The notes under the pieces: model-generated | Database searches by the model: none | The model's input: only the letters and a program-made list of their open reading frames with translations | Told to the model about the DNA's origin: nothing | Source: Acidobacteriota bacterium | Lineage (GTDB): Bacteria > Acidobacteriota > Thermoanaerobaculia > Multivoradales > J023 | Direction of reading: 5' to 3' | Assembly (NCBI GenBank): GCA_003697015.1 | Contig: RFGL01000092.1 | Span: forward strand, 1-56,189 | Length of the DNA: 56,189 nt | Part shown: positions 1 to 9,212 of the stretch, one piece after another | How positions within the stretch are numbered: position 1 is the stretch's first letter | Layout of the letters: every line of letters begins with the position of its first letter | Translations under genes and position numbers: made by a program

Positions 1-2
1 GG

Positions 3-1028
3 CGCGGGGCTCGCGGGCGGCGGCGCCGGTGCGGCCGGGCGGGGATCCGCCGGCGCCGGGCTGGTGGCTGCCGGTGCCGCCGGCGCCTCGACCTCGGACT
101 CTGCCAGCAGGGGAACCGCCGGCCAGTCGGCGAGCTCGTCCTCGGTGATCAACGGCACCTCCAGCCACTCCGCCGACGGCTCGCCGTCCGCTGACAGCCC
201 ACCGTCTGCCGGCGCCCCTGCCGCCGGTCCTTCGACGGCCATCTCCTCCTTCGCCGAGGCGCCGGTTGCGGCCGGTCGTTCGACGGCGGTCTCCTCGTTG
301 GCCGCTCCGTCGCGGGCCTGTGGAGCGGCCCGTTCGACCGGCTTCTCCTCCTCCGCCCGCGCGGCGGCCGTCCGCCCGCCGGCAGCCGCCGGCTCGCGCC
401 CCGGTCGGGGCTGGGTCCCGGCTGTCGCGGGTGGCGGCGATGGAGCGACGTCTCGCCGGCGGTCAGCCGTGGGCTCGGTGCTCGCGGCGGCGGGCCGGCG
501 CTTCGTGCCTCGCCCCAGCGGCCCTTCGACGGCGGTCTGCTCCCCGACCGTTGCCGCCGGCGTCTCGGCCCGAGTGGCGGCGGCTGGAGCCGGTGGCTTG
601 GTGGGCGTTGCGGTCTTGCCAGCGCTCGTGCCGGCGGGTGCCTCCGCGGCCTCCGGCGGGCCGAAGTCGGCCTCCTGCGGCCAGTCCTTGGCGTAGCGGT
701 AGACCGAGTCGATCAGCCCGGCGCTGGCCGGATCGAGGTAGGTGAGGGCGACGCGCAAGCCGGCCGGCCGTTGCGGGCCGTTCGGCTCGTGCACCTCCTC
801 CACCGCGCCGAGAGCGCGCACCAGCACCGACCCTTGCTCGAGCTTGAGCTCGAGGCGTACCGGCGTGCCGGCCGGCAGCCGCTCCGCCGTCTCGACGAAA
901 AGCCACGACTTGGCCAGCTTGCCGGCCATCCGCTCGGTGAACTCGGCGAAGGAACCGAAGCTCACCACCAGCCGGTGGGGGCCGAGCTCTTTCCCCTGGC
1001 CTTCGTCCCTAGGGCGTGGATCGTGCAT
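3..1028 (-). CDS. PilZ-like (myxobacterial TIGR02266-like) N-terminal domain protein with long Pro/Ala/Glu-rich linker; runs off the window's left edge
   Basis: Manual translation from ATG at 1028: MHDPRPRDEG...SFGSFAEFTERMAGKLAKSWLFVETAERLPAGTPVRLELKLEQGSVLVRALGAVEEV...GLRVALTYLD. No stop before position 1, so it is absent from the ORF track. Confidence 0.65.
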   Translation of the reverse strand, partial: MHDPRPRDEGQGKELGPHRLVVSFGSFAEFTERMAGKLAKSWLFVETAERLPAGTPVRLELKLEQGSVLVRALGAVEEVHEPNGPQRPAGLRVALTYLDPASAGLIDSVYRYAKDWPQEADFGPPEAAEAPAGTSAGKTATPTKPPAPAAATRAETPAATVGEQTAVEGPLGRGTKRRPAAASTEPTADRRRDVAPSPPPATAGTQPRPGREPAAAGGRTAAARAEEEKPVERAAPQARDGAANEETAVERPAATGASAKEEMAVEGPAAGAPADGGLSADGEPSAEWLEVPLITEDELADWPAVPLLAESEVEAPAAPAATSPAPADPRPAAPAPPPASPA

Positions 1029-1221
1029 CGTTACGAGGGGTACGTCGCCGGTGTGGGTTGAGTCGCATCCGCGCGGCACTGGGCTACGTCATCGGGAGGG
1101 CAAGTCCTATACCAGAGCCAACCCGTTCCAAGTCTAGGCGATTGCGCCGCCGAACGCTACGCCGGCGCGCTTCGCCTGCCGCCCGATTCGCACCGGACCA
1201 CGCCCAGCGGCAACGGTTCTG

Positions 1222-1908
1222 TCATGCCCTTGCCGGTTGCCGGGGGAACCAGGACGCGATGTGCCGAGCCAGTCTCGCCGCCGCGGCGTGGTTCTTGAGT
1301 CGCCGCAGAGAGACCCGCTCGCCGATCCGCCGGTACAGGGGGGCGGCACGACGCAACCGAGCGATGGCGACGAGGGCCCCGAACATCTCCTTCGGTTGCT
1401 CATCGAGCGCCTGCTGTGGATCTGCCGGGAATGACAGTCCGGGGTCATAGCGCTTGGCCCGCTCGAGGATGAGCGCATCATCGGGCGGGAGCATTCCGCG
1501 CTCCCTGCAGACGAGTTTCTTGATCCGGTCCCAAACAGGTCGAAAGAGGGCCTCGAGCTCCGGCACCAATGCCAAGGCCATCACGTTGGCCGCTGGCACG
1601 CCCTGTTTCTTGAGTCGATCCTCGACCCTCGCTTCCACCTTCTCCGGATCTCTCTTTTCAGCACCCGAACCTTGATGGTCCCAAACCACCAGGAAGCGGG
1701 TTTGCTGATCCAGGAATGGCCCGAGCACCCGTTCGGGCTCACGCCACACCGTGTCGCGACGCGGATCGCGCAGGCTCCGCCAGCGCATAGGCCGAGAGCA
1801 ACCCCGACGGTGATCCTGGCCGCGCTCAATCAGCGCTTCGAAGAAGTTCTGCATATCGAGATCAGCGAAGAGCCCGACCATGTCGTAGGGCGGCTCGCGG
1901 ACGATCAT
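1222..1908 (-). CDS. MAD4-like (DUF4276/TOPRIM-like) protein, partner of the upstream ATPase
   Basis: Motifs ADLDM, DPRRD, LVVWDHQGSG and PELEA resemble MADS MAD4-family proteins as I recall them. Overlaps the ATPase stop by 4 nt. Confidence 0.6.
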   Translation of the reverse strand: MIVREPPYDMVGLFADLDMQNFFEALIERGQDHRRGCSRPMRWRSLRDPRRDTVWREPERVLGPFLDQQTRFLVVWDHQGSGAEKRDPEKVEARVEDRLKKQGVPAANVMALALVPELEALFRPVWDRIKKLVCRERGMLPPDDALILERAKRYDPGLSFPADPQQALDEQPKEMFGALVAIARLRRAAPLYRRIGERVSLRRLKNHAAAARLARHIASWFPRQPARA

Positions 1909-3146
1909 GCAAGGACCCCGGTGACGAAGAGGTCCGAGAGGTTGACCTTATCTGCCCACTGGCGGAGATCGTGCACCTCGTCGCCGCGCTGCACGATGGC
2001 GGAGCCATCCGGGTGGCGCCGGAAGATCAGGACCTGCGGCAGGCGGGCCGCGGCCAGGAAGATCGGCGAGTGGCTCGCGCAGAGGAATTGGCCGCTCGGC
2101 GCCGGTCTTTCCAGGATGTCGTAGACGGTTTGGATGGCCAGGGGATGGAGGCCGTTTTCCGGCTCCTCGATGAGGAAGACCTGAAACTCCTCGTCGCTGG
2201 CGGCGAAGCTCAGCAGAGTGAGAGCCATCAGCCGCAAGGTGCCGTCCGACAGCGCCCAGGACGGCACCGGCTGGTGGTGTTGGCCGTCGAATCGCGCCTC
2301 GAGCACCAAGTGCTTGTCGTCTTCGCGCTCGCGCACTTCGATCGTCTTGAGCCCCTCGACCGCCACCGCCACGGTCCGCACCCAGTCGTCGAACAGCACC
2401 GGGTCGCGACGCTTCAGGTCGCGCACCACGTAGGGCAGGTTCGAGCCGTCGACCTCGATTCGAGATCGGCCTCCGGGCGGCGAGGCGAGACGCATCTTGC
2501 GCACGTCGAGGGCCAGGGTGCGGACGCCCGCAGCGAGGGTCCGGCGGGCGCTGATGGAGAGCGGAAACCGCTCCGGATCCTGCGGCAAGCTGCCGAGGGC
2601 CGAGCGCGTCACCCCCCAGCGGTATACATTATTCCATCGGGTTTTCTCGTCGCGAAAATAATCTTTCCCTTCGAGATTCTTGCTGACCACCTTTCGCCAG
2701 GTTTTCGCCGGGATCTTTTCATGAACTACGATCAAGTTGTCGTCCCCAAAGAGGCTCGCCTGGAGCGCTTCGGCCTCACGCGCGCGCCCCGCCTCAGGCA
2801 CGATGAAGAGGCTCTCGCATAGGATCCGCAGCCCTTCGCGCTCATCGATGCCGACGCGGATTTCATACCGCAGATGCTGGCTGCTGCCGTTCGACGACGG
2901 CACGGCCAATTCGACGGCGATCTCGAGGGGACGATCCGGATCGAAACAGAGATCGTAGAAACTCGGTGCCAACCGCTCGACGGCGTACTCGACGTCTTGC
3001 GAGATGACGTCCGAGAGAAATTGCAGGGCGTTCAAGAACGTCGATTTTCCGGTCGCGTTCTGGCCCACGAGAATGTGGAAGGGACGAAGGGAGACCGCAT
3101 TGTGTCGCAGCATGCGGAAATTGCGCGTGGCCAGCAAGCTGATCAT
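1905..3146 (-). CDS. ABC-type (AAA_21) ATPase, MAD3-like
   Basis: Likely start MISLLATRNFR (ATG at 3146, GGAG upstream) inside the 1905..4421 ORF. Walker A GQNATGKS, signature-like LSDGTLR, Walker B LIEEPENGLHP, H-loop SHSP, C-terminal LFVTGVLA. Confidence 0.85.
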   Translation of the reverse strand: MISLLATRNFRMLRHNAVSLRPFHILVGQNATGKSTFLNALQFLSDVISQDVEYAVERLAPSFYDLCFDPDRPLEIAVELAVPSSNGSSQHLRYEIRVGIDEREGLRILCESLFIVPEAGRAREAEALQASLFGDDNLIVVHEKIPAKTWRKVVSKNLEGKDYFRDEKTRWNNVYRWGVTRSALGSLPQDPERFPLSISARRTLAAGVRTLALDVRKMRLASPPGGRSRIEVDGSNLPYVVRDLKRRDPVLFDDWVRTVAVAVEGLKTIEVREREDDKHLVLEARFDGQHHQPVPSWALSDGTLRLMALTLLSFAASDEEFQVFLIEEPENGLHPLAIQTVYDILERPAPSGQFLCASHSPIFLAAARLPQVLIFRRHPDGSAIVQRGDEVHDLRQWADKVNLSDLFVTGVLA

Positions 3147-3317
3147 GATGATCTCCGAGCTGCTTGGGTGTAGAGCGTCACCGGGGCGTTCCTCCCCTGA
3201 TTCTACCCCGCCGGAGGGGGTGAGGCCAGCCTGGAGGCGGAGGCGCGGGGTGACGCCGGCGGCGGTGCTGGTGGGCTTCGGCTTGAAAGCGGCGGGATGG
3301 CCCGTTACGATCCCGGC

Positions 3318-4316
3318 ATGGAGCGTGCGATCGTCGACGACGCGAGGGAGATCTCGCCGCCGGTTTGGCGGCGGCTGGTGGGTACGGCGGGGGGCGTCTT
3401 TCTCGGCGGCGTCTTGCTGATCGCGGCCTGGGCGAAGATGCTCGATCCGCAGGCCTTCGCCCGCACCATCGCGGCCGAAGGGCTGGACTTCCTGCTGCCG
3501 GCCGGGGCGGTGGCGCTGATCGCGCTGGCGATCGAGGTCGCCCTCGGCGGCGCGCTGGTCCTGGGCCTGCGCCGTCCCTGGGTGCTGTGGCCGAGCGCTG
3601 CGCTGGTGGTCTTCTTCCTCTTCCTCACCGGCCGCGCCTACTGGCGGTTCGCCCACGGGGAGCTGCCCGCCGACGCCGGCTGCGGTTGCTTCGGCAACCT
3701 GGTGGAGCGGACGCCGGCCGAGGCCTTCTGGCAGGATCTGCTGCTGATGGTGCCGGCCCTCGCTCTCGCTTTCGCCGGCCGCGGCGACGGCGGGCGCCGG
3801 CCGCGCCTGCGGCTGGCTCTGGTCGGGGTGGCGACCGCCGCCGCCCTCGTCTTCGCCTGGCGGGCTCCCGAGCTGCCGATCGACGATCTCGCCACCCGTC
3901 TCAAGAAGGGGGTGGCGGCGGCCGAGCTCTGCGCCGGCAGCGCCGAGGACGGCACCGAGGTCTGTCTCGACCGCATCGTGCCCGAGCTGGCCCAGGGGGA
4001 GCACCTGGTGGTGATCAGCGAGCTCGATGAGGAGGAATTCCTCGCTCGGGTGGAGGCGATGAACGACTATGTGTGGAATGGCGGCGAGCCCCCCCTGTGG
4101 GTGATCAGCGCGGCGGACGAGGAGACCCGCTTCGGCTTCCGCTTCTCCCACGCGCCGCGCTTCGAGGTGCGCGAGGCGCCGGCGCCTCTGCTGCGCCCCC
4201 TCTACCGCACCCTGCCGCGCAGCTTCCGGGTGCGCGACGGCGTGGTGGTCGAGACCTACCGCGGCCTGCCGCCGCCTTTCGCTGCCGCGGTGGCGGACGG
4301 CGCGGGATCCTTGTAA
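3318..4316 (+). CDS. MauE/DoxX-family membrane protein with C-terminal soluble domain
   Basis: Several hydrophobic helices, AAWAKMLDP motif and the CGCFG motif typical of MauE. Start uncertain (3297 or 3318). Confidence 0.75.
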   Translation: MERAIVDDAREISPPVWRRLVGTAGGVFLGGVLLIAAWAKMLDPQAFARTIAAEGLDFLLPAGAVALIALAIEVALGGALVLGLRRPWVLWPSAALVVFFLFLTGRAYWRFAHGELPADAGCGCFGNLVERTPAEAFWQDLLLMVPALALAFAGRGDGGRRPRLRLALVGVATAAALVFAWRAPELPIDDLATRLKKGVAAAELCAGSAEDGTEVCLDRIVPELAQGEHLVVISELDEEEFLARVEAMNDYVWNGGEPPLWVISAADEETRFGFRFSHAPRFEVREAPAPLLRPLYRTLPRSFRVRDGVVVETYRGLPPPFAAAVADGAGSL

Positions 4317-4402
4317 CGTACGGTGCCGTAGCCTCTGCGCCGGGCCGGCGGCCGCGCCTCGCGCCGCCGCCGGCCCCAGAAGACCGTCCAACGAGGAACG
4401 CC

Positions 4403-5230
4403 ATGAGCCCTGATCACGCATCCCTACGCCCGTTCGTCCTGAGCCTGCTCGCTCTCCTGGTGGCCGCTGCGGCGCCGGCCCAGGTGCCGGCGGACGCGGT
4501 CTTCCAGGGCTTTCAGCCGACCGGCGAGCTGCAGGTGGAGATCGACGGCGAGCTGCAACCCAAGGCGGAGCTGCTGATCTCCGAGCGCGCCCAGGCCTAC
4601 CTGCTGATGACCATCAAGCTGCCGTCGCCGGTGCTGGTCGAGCTGCGCGGCGGGCGGGTGAGCAAGGTGCACCTGATGAAGGTGGTGCGCCGCGACGACG
4701 GCAGCGCCGACATCCTCGCCGACGCCGACCTGCGACCGGTCGGACGCTACCGCATCGAGGGCACCAGCGTCGCCTTCGAGGTCGACGGCAAGCACGTCGT
4801 GCTGAAGGAAAAACCGCCCCTGCTGGGGATGGTGAATCGGTCGCAGCTGATCGACTACGAGCCGGGCTACGGCGTCAGCGCCCGGAGTTACGCCCCCGAC
4901 GCCGAGGCCATGGCGGCGCTCAGGTCGCAGGCCAAGAGCGACGTGCGGGTGCGGGTCTACTTCGGCTCCTGGTGCCCTCACTGCCGGCGCCACGTGCCCT
5001 ACATCCTGCGGGTGGAGAAGGACCTGGAGGAAGCGGGCAGCCCGATCGCCTTCGAGTACGTCGGCCTGCCGCGCTACGACCCCAAGAAACCGGACCTCTG
5101 GCCCGAAGGGGTCAAAGGGGTGCCGACGGCGGTGGTCTACGCCGGCGGGCGCGAGATCGGGCGGATCGAGAACAACCAGTGGAACGCCCCCGAGGTGGCC
5201 CTCAGCCAGCTGCTGTCGTCCGGCTCGTGA
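4403..5230 (+). CDS. Exported thioredoxin-family protein
   Basis: GAGGA RBS before ATG at 4403, signal peptide (LLALLVAAAAPA), WCPHC active site, GVPT cis-Pro motif. Confidence 0.8.
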   Translation: MSPDHASLRPFVLSLLALLVAAAAPAQVPADAVFQGFQPTGELQVEIDGELQPKAELLISERAQAYLLMTIKLPSPVLVELRGGRVSKVHLMKVVRRDDGSADILADADLRPVGRYRIEGTSVAFEVDGKHVVLKEKPPLLGMVNRSQLIDYEPGYGVSARSYAPDAEAMAALRSQAKSDVRVRVYFGSWCPHCRRHVPYILRVEKDLEEAGSPIAFEYVGLPRYDPKKPDLWPEGVKGVPTAVVYAGGREIGRIENNQWNAPEVALSQLLSSGS

Positions 5231-5403
5231 GCCGCGGGCGGACGTCGCCGGTGGAAGGGGATTCGGCGGATTCCGCCCCTTCAGGGCGGGCAATTCGGCG
5301 GCCGGGCTCGGGGCTCCCGCCGCGTCGCCAGCGCCTGAGCGATCGGGTCGCCTTCGGGGCGGTCCCGGGCGGGGTGCGGCGGCGCCGGGGTTGAGGTTCG
5401 GGC

Positions 5404-8076
5404 CTAGGCGCTCAGCGCCCGCAGCCGCTCCTCGATGGATTCGACGGTCGCGGCGAGCTCGGCTTCGAGGTCGCGGGCGCCCTGCACCGCCTGCGGCGCG
5501 GCGCGTTCGACGAATTGCTGGTTGGCGAGACGCTTGCGCACCCCGGCGAGGCGCTGGCGGTCGCGCTCGAGCTGTTTTTCGAGGCGCCGGCGCTCGGCCT
5601 CGCGATCGGCGGCGCCGAGACGGACGGCGACGGCGAAGGCCGGATCGACGGCGACGGCAGCCCCGCTCTCGTCGAGCTCGCCGCCCTGCTCGAGGCGCAG
5701 CTCGGCGGCGCGGGTCAGACGGGCGACGATCGGCCGGCAGGCTTCGATCACCCGATGGTGGGCGAGGCTCCTGACCGCCACCTCGATCTCGGCGCCGGGC
5801 TCGATGCCCTGCTCGGCACGCACCCGCCGCACGGCGGAAATCAGGCGGGCGACGGCGTCGACGCCGGCGGCGTCCTGCGGCCAGTCGAAGGCCGGATTCG
5901 GCTCCGGCCAGGGGGCGCGGATCAGCATGCCGTCGCAGCCCAGCTCGCTCCACAGGTGCTCGGTGACGAAGGGCATGAAGGGGTGGAAGAGCTGGAGGTA
6001 GGTGGCGAAGACCGAGAAAGCCGTCTGCGCCGTCTCCTCGAGCTCGGCGAGGGGCGCCACCTTGATCGCCTCGAGGTAGACGTCGCAGTACTCGCTCCAG
6101 AAGGTGCTGCGCACGATCTCCGCCGCGTCGCCGAAGGCGAAGGCGTCGAAGCGGGCGCCGGTGCGCTCGATCAGCTCGCGGGTGCGGACCAGGAGCCAGC
6201 GGTTGACGGGGTGCTCCACCGCCGCCGGCACCAGCGCTCGCCGGTCGCGGTCGCCGGCGGTGCGTTCGACCAGCTTGGCGGCGTTCCACAGCTTGTTGAC
6301 CAGCCGTTTGCAGCCGATCAGGCGCTCGTGGGTGAGCTTCAGGTCCTTGCCCGGGGCATTGCCCAGGACCAGCGCCAGGCGCAGGGTGTCGGCGCCGTGC
6401 TCGGCGATGGTGTCCATCGGGTCGACGCAGGTTTCGGGCTTCGACTTCGACATCTTCTCGCCGTCTTTGTCGAGGATCAGCCCGTGCAGGTAGACGGTGC
6501 GGAAGGGCACCTGGCCGGTGCCGTAGGTGGTCATCAGGATCATCCGCGCGACCCAGAAGAAGAGGATGTCGTAACCGGTCTCCATCACCGACGTGGGATG
6601 GAACCGGTGGAAGTCCGGGCTGCGCTCGAGGAGCTGATCGAGGTCGAGCTCCGGGTTCTCCGCCGCCTGCGGATCGATCAGGGTCGACCAGGTCCACAGG
6701 GCCGACGAGAACCAGGTGTCGAGGGTGTCGGGATCCTGTTGCCAGCCGTCGCCCGGCGGCGGCCGGTGGCCGACGTAGAGATCTTCGGAGCCGCGATACC
6801 ACACCGGCACCCGGTGGCCCCACCAGATCTGGCGCGAGATGCACCAATCGCGCAGGTTGTCGATCCAGTGGAAGTAGGTCTTGGTTTCGTGCTCGGGCAG
6901 GATGCGGATGTCGCCGGAGGCGACCACGTCGCGCATCACCTGCTTCAGCGACAGACTCTTGCCCTTCCACGGCACCGCCGGCTTGGTGACGTCGACGAAC
7001 CACTGCATCTTGGGCAGGGGCTCGACCGGCTGCTTGGAGCGATAGCAGAGGGAGACCGGCTGGACGTAGTCCTCGACCTTGGCCAGCAGCCCGGCCCGCT
7101 CGAGCTCGGCGACGAAGGCGCGGCGGCATTCCTCGACGCTCATGCCGGCGTAGTAGCTGCCCGCCGCCTCGGTCATCCGCCCGTCCTCGCCGATCACCTG
7201 CACCAGGGGCAGGTTGTGGCGCCGGGCGATCTCGAAGTCGACGTGGCTGTGGGCCGGAGTGACGCCGACCACGCCGCTGCCGGTCTCCGGGTCGACCGCC
7301 TCGTCGGCCACCACCTCGACGGTGATCGTCGGTCCCTTGGGCCACGCCACCTCGTAGGTCTTGCCGACGTGATCGCGGTAGCGTTCGTCGCCGGGATGGA
7401 CCGCGACCGCGGTGTCGCCGAGCTTGGTCTCCGGGCGGCTGGTGGCGACCAGGAAGGGGCCGTAACGCAGGGTGTAGAACTTGGCCGGCCGGTCCTGGTA
7501 CTCGATCTCGTCGTCGGATACCGTGGTCTGGAGCGACGGATCCCAGTTGACGATGCGCGGCGCGCGGTAGATCAAGCCGTCGCGGAACATGCGGGCGAAG
7601 ATGCCGTTCACCGCCCGGCTCAGGGCCGGGTCCATGGTGTAGCGCTCGCGCGTCCAGTCGCAGCTCGCTCCCAGCGCCCGGATCTGCTCCCGGATGCGCT
7701 CCCGCGAGCGCTCGACGAAGGCGGCGATGCGCCGTACCAGCTCGTCGCGCCCCAGCTCGGCGCGCGGATCGGCCATGCCCTGGGCCTGCAGCTGGCGGAT
7801 GACCACGCTCTCGGTGGCGATGGCGGCGTGGTCGGTGCCCGGCAGCCACAGGGCTTCGTCCCCGGCCATCCGCCGCCAGCGCACCATCAGGTCCTCGATG
7901 GTCATGGTCACCGCATGGCCGGTGTGCAGGGTGCCGGTGGCGTTGGGCGGCGGCATGGCGATCGAGAAGACCGGCTTGGTCGATTTGCGGTCGGCGACGA
8001 AGGCGCCCGAATCCAGCCAGCGCTGGTAGATCTGCGGCTCGTGCTTCTGCGGCTCGAAGTACTTCGCTAACGACAT
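5404..8076 (-). CDS. valS: Valine--tRNA ligase
   Basis: PPPNATGTLHTGH (HIGH), GTDHAAIATE, DWCISRQIWWGH, DTWFSS, KMSKS, C-terminal coiled-coil arm. Start MSLAKYFEP at 8076. Confidence 0.97.
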   Translation of the reverse strand: MSLAKYFEPQKHEPQIYQRWLDSGAFVADRKSTKPVFSIAMPPPNATGTLHTGHAVTMTIEDLMVRWRRMAGDEALWLPGTDHAAIATESVVIRQLQAQGMADPRAELGRDELVRRIAAFVERSRERIREQIRALGASCDWTRERYTMDPALSRAVNGIFARMFRDGLIYRAPRIVNWDPSLQTTVSDDEIEYQDRPAKFYTLRYGPFLVATSRPETKLGDTAVAVHPGDERYRDHVGKTYEVAWPKGPTITVEVVADEAVDPETGSGVVGVTPAHSHVDFEIARRHNLPLVQVIGEDGRMTEAAGSYYAGMSVEECRRAFVAELERAGLLAKVEDYVQPVSLCYRSKQPVEPLPKMQWFVDVTKPAVPWKGKSLSLKQVMRDVVASGDIRILPEHETKTYFHWIDNLRDWCISRQIWWGHRVPVWYRGSEDLYVGHRPPPGDGWQQDPDTLDTWFSSALWTWSTLIDPQAAENPELDLDQLLERSPDFHRFHPTSVMETGYDILFFWVARMILMTTYGTGQVPFRTVYLHGLILDKDGEKMSKSKPETCVDPMDTIAEHGADTLRLALVLGNAPGKDLKLTHERLIGCKRLVNKLWNAAKLVERTAGDRDRRALVPAAVEHPVNRWLLVRTRELIERTGARFDAFAFGDAAEIVRSTFWSEYCDVYLEAIKVAPLAELEETAQTAFSVFATYLQLFHPFMPFVTEHLWSELGCDGMLIRAPWPEPNPAFDWPQDAAGVDAVARLISAVRRVRAEQGIEPGAEIEVAVRSLAHHRVIEACRPIVARLTRAAELRLEQGGELDESGAAVAVDPAFAVAVRLGAADREAERRRLEKQLERDRQRLAGVRKRLANQQFVERAAPQAVQGARDLEAELAATVESIEERLRALSA

Positions 8077-8288
8077 GGCTCGTCCTTGCTCCAGCGCGGG
8101 CGGAGACCCCCCGCCGCCCGCGGAGGGTGGAGCATACCCCAGGCCTTCCCCGGCCGCGCCAGCCGACCGTCCGACGCGACGAGCGCGCCGCCCGAGAGAA
8201 GGGCGGCGGCGAGCGGATGCACCAGGATGCACCGGCCCGCATCCGTCTCATGGCGGCTGGCTACGCCCCACCCGCCGCGGCGTCCGGA

Positions 8289-9083
8289 TCAGATGGACTG
8301 CAGCCGGCCGCCGTCGACCGGCAGGCTGACGCCGCGGACGTAGGAGGCGGCCGGGGAGGCGAGGAAGGCGACCACCCAGCCGAGCTCTTCGGGGCGGCCG
8401 ATGCGCCCTGCCGGCACCGAGGCGATCCACTCCTGGCGCACCTGCTCCGGCGTCGTCCCGCGGCCGGCGGCGAGGCGCTCGGCCAGGGCGGCGAGGCGTT
8501 CGGTGTCGGTGAAGCCGGGCAGCAGATTGTTGATCGTCACCGCCGCCGGCAGCTCGCGGGCCAGGGTCTTGGCCCAGGAGGCGACGGCGCCGCGGATGGC
8601 ATTCGACACCCCGAGGCCGGGGAGGGGCTCGCGCACCGAGGTCGAGATGACGTTGATGATGCGGCCGTAGCCGTCCTCCACCATCCCCGGCAGGATCAGA
8701 CGGACCAGCAGGTGGCTGGCCAGCAGATGACGGCCGAAGGCGTGCAGGAAGTCCTCCGCCGAAGCCTCGAGGATGGGGCCGGGGGGCGGGCCGCCGGAGT
8801 TGTTGACCAGGACGTGGACCGGGCCATGCCGGGCCAGGAAGTCCCTCACCCGCGCCTCGAGGGCCGGGCGATCGTCGTGGTCGGCGGCGAGGTAGCGGGC
8901 CTCCGGCGCGCCGGCCTGCCGCAGCTCCCCGGTCAAGCGCTCGAGGGCGTCGCGCGAGCGGGCCAGGGCGGTGACCCTGGCGCCGCGCTCGGCCAGGGCG
9001 AGGGCGGCGGCGCGGCCGATGCCGGCGCTGCCGCCGCAGACCAGGGCGTGGCGTCCGCTGAGATCGAAGGGGTCTCGTTTCAT
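8289..9083 (-). CDS. SDR-family oxidoreductase (3-oxoacyl-ACP reductase-like)
   Basis: GGSAGIG Rossmann motif, NNSGGP, PGFTDT, VDGG C-terminus. Confidence 0.9.
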   Translation of the reverse strand: MKRDPFDLSGRHALVCGGSAGIGRAAALALAERGARVTALARSRDALERLTGELRQAGAPEARYLAADHDDRPALEARVRDFLARHGPVHVLVNNSGGPPPGPILEASAEDFLHAFGRHLLASHLLVRLILPGMVEDGYGRIINVISTSVREPLPGLGVSNAIRGAVASWAKTLARELPAAVTINNLLPGFTDTERLAALAERLAAGRGTTPEQVRQEWIASVPAGRIGRPEELGWVVAFLASPAASYVRGVSLPVDGGRLQSI

Positions 9084-9212
9084 CGCGTCACCTCGGGCCG
9101 CATCCTATAGGCCGGCGCCGGGGATCGCCGAGGTTGCGGCGACCGGCCCGGACCGCTAGGCGCGGGGGAAGGAAATCGGCTAGTGTCGGTGGCGGACGTG
9201 AGGCGAGACGCG

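Noticed and set aside
3147-4421. N-terminal half of the 838-aa ORF as an ATPase fusion
   Set aside because: It is antisense to the MauE gene; the ATPase has its own RBS and start at 3146.
4424-8251. 1275-aa and 851-aa ORFs overlapping valS
   Set aside because: Off-frame or antisense low-complexity shadows of valS and the thioredoxin gene.
8077-8288. T-box or attenuator upstream of valS
   Set aside because: No T-box consensus or U-tailed terminator recognised.
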